Source of the DNA: a virus
Virus record (IMG/VR): IMGVR_UViG_3300037307_000719
Coordinates: 1 to 64,000 of that record
Reading direction: 5' to 3' (one strand)
DNA: 64,000 nt
The notes under the pieces are model-generated. The model searched no databases, was not told the DNA's origin, and saw only the letters and a program-made list of their open reading frames with translations. Within the stretch, counting starts at the first letter, position 1. Every line of letters starts with the position of its first letter. Shown here piece by piece: positions 57,686 to 64,000 of the stretch. Position numbers and translations under genes: made by a program.

Positions 57686-59409
57686 TCAATCCGGTGGACA
57701 ACAGCCGGTGGTCTTCGGAGGACTCGGTGTTTTTGCGGCAGATCATGGAGGATTTTGCCGATCCGGAGGTGAACGAGATTACGGTTCTGTGTTCGGCGCA
57801 GAGTGCGAAGACGTTGACGCTGCTGGCATTGCTGGCGTGGTTGCTGGCGGAAGATCCGGGGCCGGTGTTGTGGGTGACGGCGAAGCTGGGGGAAGCGAAG
57901 AAGATCAGCAAGGGGCGGGTTTTGCCGTTGTTGGAGAAGTGCGCGCCGGTGGCGGAAAAGATGCCGACGAGCCGGATGTTCAAGACGACGCTGGAGATTT
58001 ACTTTCCGGGAGCGCCGTTGATTCTGACTGGAGCGGAGAGTCCGGCCTCGCTGCAATCGACGCCGTTCCGGTATGTGATTCTGGACGAGGCGAGGAGTTA
58101 TCCGCCCGGTGCTTTGGAAATGGTGAGCAAGCGGTTCCGCTCCTACACCAGCAATTACAAGAAGGTCATCATCACCACGCCGGACAAGGAGGGTGATGCG
58201 GTGCACCGGGCATTTCAGGCCGGGCATCAGGCGCATTGGGAGGTTCCGTGCCCGAAGTGCGGGCACTTTCACGAAATGGAGTGGGGGGATGAAAAGTCGG
58301 CGGGCGGGATGAAGTGGGACAAAACCCCGGAGACTTACGACGAGGAGAAAAAGGCGTATCACTACGAGAAGCTGAAAGAGACCATGCGGTATCACTGCTG
58401 GAATCCGGACTGCGATCATGTGTGGCGGGACGCGATGCCGGAGCGGAAATACATCAGCACGACGGGAAGCTGGGTACCGAGGAATCCGAACGCGCCGTCC
58501 AACAACAAGAGCTACACCTGGAACGCGCTGCTGCCGTGGTGGCCGAGCTGGTATGACCAGATGGTGGAGTTCTTGCAGGCGAAAAAAGCCATGGAGTGGG
58601 GCGATTGGTTTCCGTTGAAGGACCACTTCAACGAAACGCGGGGTCAGGTATGGACGAACCGGCACCGTTACGGGGAGGACGACAAGTATCTGGCGGAAAG
58701 GGTGGCGCAGTATGATCCGTGGGAACCGTGGGAGCATGAGGTGCGGCGGTTCATGACAGTGGACGTGCAGGGTGCGGGAGGGCGCCACTTCTGGTATGTG
58801 ATCCGGGCGTGGGGAGCGGGTGCGAAGAGCCGTCTGCTGGCGTATGGGAAGGCGTGGTCATGGGAGGAGCTGGCGAGCAAGGCGCAGGAATGGAAGGTGG
58901 ACCCGGACAACCTGGTGATCGACTCCGGGCAGTGGGCACCGGAGGTTTATCAGAAGGTGATCGACTCGGGTTATCGGTGGAAGGCGTTCAAGGCCGACGA
59001 CAAGGACGGGTTCAAAATCCACGGGAAGAAGTGGCTTTACCAGAAGTCATGGGTTGATCCGACGCTTGGGAAGGTGAAGGACAGGACGGTGAGGGACATC
59101 GAGCTTTACCTATGGGCGAAGTATGGGGTGATCGAGCGGCTGGATGCGATGATGCATGGGGTGATGGGCGACTGGCAGGTGTTTCCTGACACCGGGGAAG
59201 ACTACAACTTGCAGGTCACGGTATGGGACCGGCGCTCGCGGATCATGCGGCACGGCGGCGAGATGCTGGAGTGGTTCCAGAAGAGGAAGGAGGATCACCT
59301 TGCGGACTGCGAGCAGATGCAGGTAGTGGCGGCTGCGGCAACAGGATTGATGCACATGCCCGAAGAGCTGGAGCTGTGGAACGCGCAGAAGCCGAAGGCC
59401 GAGGTCTGA
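57589..59409 (+). CDS. Terminase large subunit (lambda GpA-type)
   Basis: 606 aa. Its N-terminus aligns by eye with lambda gpA (..WAERHV..FLRQIMEDF..VLCSAQSAKT). Walker B is RYVILDEA. GTG start at 57589. Confidence 0.92.
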   Translation: MGKKKTVLVERLCAAARPSTDTQPWKWAERHVINPVDNSRWSSEDSVFLRQIMEDFADPEVNEITVLCSAQSAKTLTLLALLAWLLAEDPGPVLWVTAKLGEAKKISKGRVLPLLEKCAPVAEKMPTSRMFKTTLEIYFPGAPLILTGAESPASLQSTPFRYVILDEARSYPPGALEMVSKRFRSYTSNYKKVIITTPDKEGDAVHRAFQAGHQAHWEVPCPKCGHFHEMEWGDEKSAGGMKWDKTPETYDEEKKAYHYEKLKETMRYHCWNPDCDHVWRDAMPERKYISTTGSWVPRNPNAPSNNKSYTWNALLPWWPSWYDQMVEFLQAKKAMEWGDWFPLKDHFNETRGQVWTNRHRYGEDDKYLAERVAQYDPWEPWEHEVRRFMTVDVQGAGGRHFWYVIRAWGAGAKSRLLAYGKAWSWEELASKAQEWKVDPDNLVIDSGQWAPEVYQKVIDSGYRWKAFKADDKDGFKIHGKKWLYQKSWVDPTLGKVKDRTVRDIELYLWAKYGVIERLDAMMHGVMGDWQVFPDTGEDYNLQVTVWDRRSRIMRHGGEMLEWFQKRKEDHLADCEQMQVVAAAATGLMHMPEELELWNAQKPKAEV

Positions 59410-59410
59410 G

Positions 59411-59423
59411 CCTTGCGCAAGGG
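59411..59423. repeat. Palindrome copy CCTTGCGCAAGGG (13)
   Basis: Lies exactly between the convergent stops TGA 59407-59409 (+) and TCA 59424-59426 (-). Confidence 0.9.
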
Positions 59424-59765
59424 TCAGGTTTCCTTGAGCAGGTAGAAGTAGCGCACGGAGAGGTTGCCGTCTTTCTCCGCGCCGTCTCGCATGGAGGTGA
59501 TGCACCATGGAGGGGAGACGCGGTAGGCGGTTTCGATGGCCATTTCCATGCAATCAATCGAGTGATCGGTAAGGGTGTCGCCGGATTCGAGGTATCGCAA
59601 GATGGGAGAGGGAGGAGTGACGCGGGAGAATTCCTGCCATTGGTCAGGCGGTGATGCGGAAAGATCCTGTGGGTCGAGGTCGGAAAAGTCCTCGTCTGGA
59701 TCGAGGCCGAGGGAAAGCAGCATGGCGCGGAATTCTTCGTCGGAGATAGGGCGTTTGGGTTTCAT
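59424..59765 (-). CDS. Hypothetical protein
   Basis: 113-aa ORF. ATGA overlap with the SNF2 gene stop. Its own stop abuts a palindrome copy. Confidence 0.7.
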   Translation of the reverse strand: MKPKRPISDEEFRAMLLSLGLDPDEDFSDLDPQDLSASPPDQWQEFSRVTPPSPILRYLESGDTLTDHSIDCMEMAIETAYRVSPPWCITSMRDGAEKDGNLSVRYFYLLKET

Positions 59766-61759
59766 GGTGATTTCTTGCGGCCTTGGATGAGCTTTTGTTT
59801 GAGCCTTTCCTTGGCGACGGCAAAGTCAAAAAGCGGGTCGGTGGTGAGGCCGGCCTTGGCGCGGGCTATGTCTGCGGCGGTGACTTTGGGGGAGACGATG
59901 GGTGGGTGCCATTCGCGGAAGCGTTGTTGGGACCAGCCGAGGCGTTTGCGGATGGCGGGCCAGGAGGATTCGAGCACGGATTCATCGGTGTGGGGGCCGG
60001 AGGATTTGAAGGAGTCGAAGGCGGCGGCGAGCAGGAGTTCGGGGTCGATGTCGTCCACGGTCTCGGGGAAGAGGCGGCCGTCGAGCATGAGCTGGGCGGT
60101 GTCGCTTTTGTCGGAGAAGAGGTCTTTCATCCGTTCATCGATTGATCCGGATGTGATGATGGGATAGACGGTGACTGGGCGTGGCGAGTTGAGCCGCCAG
60201 ATGCGGTCCACGAATTGGGCGAAGACATCGTAGGCCCATGGGTAGCCGACGGCGATGAGGTGGGCGCAGTTCTCGAACGAATGGCCGCGGCCCATGGCCT
60301 CGTAGGATGCGATGAGGGTGGAGGCTTGGCCGCGCTTGAACGAGGCGGCGAGCAGGCCGCGGGTTTCGGGCGAGGTGGAGCCGTCGAGCAGCATGGCTTC
60401 CACTTGGGCTTCGAGGAGCAGGCGGTGGAGGGTTTGGTTGAAGTGGGCGAAGGGCGAGCCGACCATGATTTGTTCGCCGTTGTCGAGCAGATCGGAGATC
60501 AGGCCGAGGACGGTGACGAGCTTCGGGGTCCATGGGGTCCAGGAGCGAAGGCGGCCGGGGTGGGCGTTGGAGATGACGTCAGCGAGGCTTGGAGAGTCCG
60601 GGCAAAGTGCGGCGATGCGGAGGTTGGTGAGCTGCATACCGAGGGCGGCGAGGCCGGAAACGCGGGTGCCGGGCCGCCCGGCGGGCGCGGTGGGGCGGAA
60701 GTCGAGGTGTTCCTTGTACACCGTCGCTTGGGCGGAGCCCATGGCGCACTCGACGGGGCGGACGGTTTTCGGGACGATGGACTCGCCGCAGTCCGCCTTG
60801 CGGCAGCGCAGGACGACGGGTGCGAGGAGCCGCCAGAGGCGCTGGACGTTGCAGACGCGGGCGGTGGTTTTCTGGATGCGGACGCTGGAGCGGCGGCGGT
60901 TTTCGTTGGCGGCCTTGTATTCCTCGCGGGTGAGGTAGCGGTCGATTTCGAGGTGTTGGCGGGCGAATTGTTCCTTGCCGTCGGGGCCGTAGGGCCAGCG
61001 GGAGGTGGGGTTTTGATGGCCGCCGGAAGCCCACCAGGCGAGGGTGAAGATGGATTCCATGCGGTTTTTGGCCGGGGTTCCGGTCATGAGCAGGCGGAAT
61101 TCCGGGTTGAGCAGGGTGATGCCTTTGGAGGTTTTCGAGTCGCCCTGGATGGCGGTGGCCTCGTCGAGCACGATGCAGTCGAATCCCGCGCCGAGGCCTT
61201 CGAGCTGCTTGAGTTCGCGGGCGAAGCTGGGTTTCCAGACGCAGGTGATGCCGCCGCGCTCGGTGCCGACGCCGTGCATGTATTCGGAGAAGTCCGGTTT
61301 GCGTCCGAGCAGGCGGGCGAGGGAGTATTCCTTGGCGAGGGTGCGGGCCTCGATGAGGCGTTGTCGTTCGCGCTGGCGCATGACGATTTTGCCCTTGGCA
61401 TTCACCTCCGGCTCCCACTCGTCCGCGCCGTTGCGGGTGAGTGCTTCGTAGCCGACGAGGTAGAACTTGGGGAGCTGGCCCTTGCGCAAGGGCTGCGCGG
61501 GGCGATCGATGCGATGGTGGCGGACATCGTCCATGTCCTTGATGGTGGGAAGCGGGATACCGAAGTGCTTGATGGCGGTTTCGCGGAGTTGGGAGTGGAG
61601 GTCTGCCGGGGCGGCGAGCAGGACGCGGCGGGCACGCCAGAGGAAGGGGATGCAGAACCCGGCAAACGATTTTCCGGTGCCCTGTTCATGGGCAAGGACA
61701 AGGCCATTGACGAGGGCGGCGCGGGCATAGTGGTCACGCTGGAATGGTTTGAGACGCAT
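59762..61759 (-). CDS. SNF2/RAD54-family helicase
   Basis: 665 aa. Motif I AHEQGTGKS, motif II IVLDEATAIQ, motif III LLMTGTPAKN, motif VI-like QFVDRIWR. Confidence 0.93.
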   Translation of the reverse strand: MRLKPFQRDHYARAALVNGLVLAHEQGTGKSFAGFCIPFLWRARRVLLAAPADLHSQLRETAIKHFGIPLPTIKDMDDVRHHRIDRPAQPLRKGQLPKFYLVGYEALTRNGADEWEPEVNAKGKIVMRQRERQRLIEARTLAKEYSLARLLGRKPDFSEYMHGVGTERGGITCVWKPSFARELKQLEGLGAGFDCIVLDEATAIQGDSKTSKGITLLNPEFRLLMTGTPAKNRMESIFTLAWWASGGHQNPTSRWPYGPDGKEQFARQHLEIDRYLTREEYKAANENRRRSSVRIQKTTARVCNVQRLWRLLAPVVLRCRKADCGESIVPKTVRPVECAMGSAQATVYKEHLDFRPTAPAGRPGTRVSGLAALGMQLTNLRIAALCPDSPSLADVISNAHPGRLRSWTPWTPKLVTVLGLISDLLDNGEQIMVGSPFAHFNQTLHRLLLEAQVEAMLLDGSTSPETRGLLAASFKRGQASTLIASYEAMGRGHSFENCAHLIAVGYPWAYDVFAQFVDRIWRLNSPRPVTVYPIITSGSIDERMKDLFSDKSDTAQLMLDGRLFPETVDDIDPELLLAAAFDSFKSSGPHTDESVLESSWPAIRKRLGWSQQRFREWHPPIVSPKVTAADIARAKAGLTTDPLFDFAVAKERLKQKLIQGRKKSP
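61479..61492. repeat. Palindrome CCCTTGCGCAAGGG (14/14)
   Basis: Inside the SNF2 gene (translated PLRKG). Confidence 0.95.
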
Positions 61760-61810
61760 GATATTTCAGGAAGGCGTAGGTAGTGGCGGGTGGGATGAGG
61801 TGGGTTCTTT

Positions 61811-62185
61811 TCAGGTGGAGCGGGTGCGGGTGTCAGGGTCTTGAAGGACGGCGGTGAGGTAGGTGATGGCTTGAAAATCGGTGATGATTTCTTTTTCAAT
61901 GGCCTGAAGGAGTTCTCCGCGCCAAAGGGAAAGGGTTTCCTTTAAAGAGAGGTGTTTATGGGATAATGTGAAAACATCACGAAAAGGCTGATCGTTGGTG
62001 AGAGCCCATGCTTCGAGTTGGTTTTCGACCATGAATAAAAGGAACCGGATTTTCACGCTGCCTTTCCAGAATTCCGTTTTTGGCATCTTTTTGAAGCCTC
62101 CGTTTTGGATAACGGAAACACCGGCAAGAGCGGCGGCGCGGTGGATGAAATCCAACTTGGCCTTACCGTCTTCACTGAGAGTCAT
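61811..62185 (-). CDS. Hypothetical protein
   Basis: 124 aa starting MTLSEDGK. The upstream Arg-rich part of ORF 61811..62371 is rejected. Confidence 0.65.
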   Translation of the reverse strand: MTLSEDGKAKLDFIHRAAALAGVSVIQNGGFKKMPKTEFWKGSVKIRFLLFMVENQLEAWALTNDQPFRDVFTLSHKHLSLKETLSLWRGELLQAIEKEIITDFQAITYLTAVLQDPDTRTRST

Positions 62186-62612
62186 GGTTGTTCTGGTTGG
62201 ACGATTCCGCCGCAGTGATCGCAGATGCCGCCGACAAAGCCGCGGGGTTCGCCGCAGCATTCGGGTTGCGGGCTGGCGTGATGACGAGGATCGATTCCCG
62301 GTAAAGAGGCAGCGGGATATTCGTGATGGCTTCCGGTTCGACCTCGAAGGTGAGAGTGGTGATTCCCTCATTGTCGGTGCCGGCTTGGATTAGAACTGCG
62401 GGGATGCGGAGGTTCATTTTTGCTCTGGGTATGAATCCGTGGTGTAGAAACTTCTCGAAGGATAGCTCTTCGATGTTGTGGATTTGTTGTTGTAGGTTTT
62501 CAGTCGCTTCTTTTTTTGCGGCTGTGAATGCTTCTTCGGGTTTTTGTCCGATCTTGCGGTTGTAGTAGCCATCGATGATATGGCCTGCGTTGAGTTCTTC
62601 GTGGAGGTTCAT
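62172..62612 (-). CDS. Hypothetical protein
   Basis: 146 aa starting MNLHEELN. ATGA overlap at 62609-62612. Confidence 0.65.
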   Translation of the reverse strand: MNLHEELNAGHIIDGYYNRKIGQKPEEAFTAAKKEATENLQQQIHNIEELSFEKFLHHGFIPRAKMNLRIPAVLIQAGTDNEGITTLTFEVEPEAITNIPLPLYRESILVITPARNPNAAANPAALSAASAITAAESSNQNNHDSQ

Positions 62613-62806
62613 TTTGGTTGGATGGTGATGGTTCCGGAGAGGCCTGGTTCGGCGGTGTCCTTGGCGAGGCGGATGGCCTTGTCCTTGGTGGGGGCGGTGC
62701 CTTGGAGGTTGCCGTTGAAGCGGACTTCCCAGCCTTTGCGGGAGCGGCGGCCGAGGATTTGGATAGTGCAAGGGCCGATGCGGATTTCGGTGGAGATGGA
62801 GTTCAT
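62609..62806 (-). CDS. Small hypothetical protein
   Basis: 65 aa starting MNSISTEIR. The ATG abuts an octamer array. Confidence 0.55.
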   Translation of the reverse strand: MNSISTEIRIGPCTIQILGRRSRKGWEVRFNGNLQGTAPTKDKAIRLAKDTAEPGLSGTITIQPK

Positions 62807-62807
62807 C

Positions 62808-62843
62808 GGGTAAAAGCTGAAAAGCTGAAAAGCTGAAATGAAG
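62808..62843 (+). repeat. GCTGAAAN octamer array (direct)
   Basis: Abuts the start at 62806. Confidence 0.9.
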
Positions 62844-62846
62844 AAA

Positions 62847-63155
62847 TCAGGCGGCGGCGTTTTTAGCGGGCCATTCGATGGTGAAACCGGAGCGTTCGAG
62901 GATGCGGGCGTATTCGTGCCAGGTGATTTCGTAGATGCCATCGAGGCGGCAGCGGTGGACGGTTTTCAGCCAGCGTTTGGCGGTGCGGGTGGCGATGGTT
63001 AGGGTTGGAGCGTTGACGAAAACCTCATGGGTTCCATAACGCTTGTGGCGGGCACCTTTGGAGGACAGCAGGTAGGAACCAAATGCGCGGTAGATGCGGC
63101 GAGAGCGAAGATCGCCCGGCAAGTCGAAGAGTTCAGGGTGGTCGAGGTGGTTCAT
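62847..63155 (-). CDS. Hypothetical protein
   Basis: 102 aa starting MNHLDHPELF. Confidence 0.6.
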   Translation of the reverse strand: MNHLDHPELFDLPGDLRSRRIYRAFGSYLLSSKGARHKRYGTHEVFVNAPTLTIATRTAKRWLKTVHRCRLDGIYEITWHEYARILERSGFTIEWPAKNAAA

Positions 63156-63333
63156 GATGGCGGATGGACAGATATTGTTTGAGGATGACGTCGGCCATTT
63201 TCGCGTGGTCTTGTGCGGAAGTGACAAGAGACCGACGTTCATCGGAGGCATGGTGCTGATTGTCGGCTTCGATGATGTCGATCTGGGCTTGGGCAAGGTG
63301 GTGCCATGCTTGTTGGAGGGCGGGGGTGGTCAT
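63133..63333 (-). CDS. Small hypothetical protein
   Basis: 66 aa starting MTTPALQQAW. It overlaps the next gene by 23 nt. Confidence 0.45.
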   Translation of the reverse strand: MTTPALQQAWHHLAQAQIDIIEADNQHHASDERRSLVTSAQDHAKMADVILKQYLSIRHHEPPRPP

Positions 63334-63369
63334 GTGGATTGGAGGGTGATCAATGCCCACGAAGCATCG

Positions 63370-64000
63370 TTATGGGTTTTCGCGGTTATCGACATTTTCC
63401 GGATGGCATAATACGCTGTTGTGCCAATGAAGCGACCCGTCAGGAGCAATCTCCACGGTGTAAGTTTCAAGTTCCGCGAGGCAACGGAAGCGCGTCCGCA
63501 TGAACCCGAAGTCCCGGCTGACGTGGTGGTGTCCGAAGATCCACAGTTCCGGCCGGTGAGCTTCCAGCATGGCTTGGAGCAGCCGCGAGGTGGCATTCGG
63601 CTGATAGCCACGGATCGGCATCGGCGCTCCTGATTCGAAGATTCCGCACGGCGCGTCATGAGTGACCATCAGTCGCGGTTTGGCGGCGGCGTAGGCGTCG
63701 AACGCATCGCGCATTTGCGCGGCGCTCAGCTCCTCGTCTCGCCACCAGTCGCGGCCCTCCATGCGGTGTGCGCGGTCGATGCTCCACGCCCCAGAGACCC
63801 AGAAGAGCGATCCACTTCCGCCGAACTCACCAAGGTAGCGTGGATTCCGGCGGCACATTTCCGGGTCGTCGTGGTTGCCCCGGATGAACCAGAAGTCTTG
63901 CCGTTTCGTGACGCTCTCATGGATGGCCACCGGCGATACGAACCCGAGTCCGAGGTCGCCGACGTGGATCACCGGACAGCCTAGCTTGGCGAGTTTCTTC
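63370..64000 (-). CDS. Calcineurin-like metallophosphoesterase (5' end beyond the window)
   Basis: Contains VGDLG, RGNHD and FGHHH motifs. The frame stays open upstream to the window edge (..KKLAKLGCPVIHVGD), so the first DxH motif is probably outside the window. Confidence 0.85.
   Translation of the reverse strand, partial: KKLAKLGCPVIHVGDLGLGFVSPVAIHESVTKRQDFWFIRGNHDDPEMCRRNPRYLGEFGGSGSLFWVSGAWSIDRAHRMEGRDWWRDEELSAAQMRDAFDAYAAAKPRLMVTHDAPCGIFESGAPMPIRGYQPNATSRLLQAMLEAHRPELWIFGHHHVSRDFGFMRTRFRCLAELETYTVEIAPDGSLHWHNSVLCHPENVDNRENP

Larger units (their letters stand above)
1..64000. mobile_element. Tailed-phage genome segment (temperate; lambda-like packaging/head genes, long non-contractile tail module)
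   Basis: Contiguous phage modules are present: TerS/TerL, portal, protease-scaffold, capsid, tape measure, fibres, endolysin, integrase. An attP-like tRNA fragment has phage genes on both sides. No host housekeeping genes seen. Confidence 0.85.

Noticed and set aside
4374-62843. CRISPR array interpretation of the GCTGAAAN and GTGATCA repeat clusters.
   Set aside because: Units are 7-8 nt and contiguous, with no unique spacers of 25-40 nt. No cas genes are present.

Overview
High-GC (roughly 60%) tailed-phage genome segment. It looks temperate, with lambda-like packaging and head genes and a long non-contractile tail module. No host flank is recognisable. Layout: (1) 13-19601, minus-strand early/accessory block: minimal Pol X, N6-adenine methyltransferase, VWA + MoxR-like AAA pair, DnaN clamp and many ORFans, frequently coupled by ATGA/GTGA overlaps. 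(2) 19731-49209, plus-strand virion block: gpW-like protein, portal, a 1,100-aa ORF headed by an ATP-dependent ligase domain, an initiator-type tRNA, protease-scaffold, decoration and major capsid proteins, fibres/depolymerase, lysis cassette, tail tube, tape measure, Ser-rich proteins plus glycosyl/pyruvyl-transferases. (3) 49225-53126, minus-strand SSB, P-loop helicase and primase. (4) 53.1-56.7 kb, attP-like tRNA fragment, tyrosine integrase and immunity switch. (5) A 440-bp structured gap, then TerS/TerL (57.1-59.4 kb). (6) Another minus-strand block (SNF2 helicase, metallophosphoesterase) truncated at the window end. The most unusual signals are non-genic. First, a 14-bp perfect palindrome CCCTTGCGCAAGGG occurs about 25 times, and its variants are confined to the central CpG. 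Second, 17 arrays of the octamer GCTGAAAN occur, always in the same strand orientation; four are inverted pairs that form long hairpins abutting start codons. Third, GTGA(T/G)CA heptamer arrays occur. Fourth, a TTGAC box sits exactly 19-22 nt upstream of 13 plus-strand start codons. Functions are assigned from motifs read by eye; no database searches were run.
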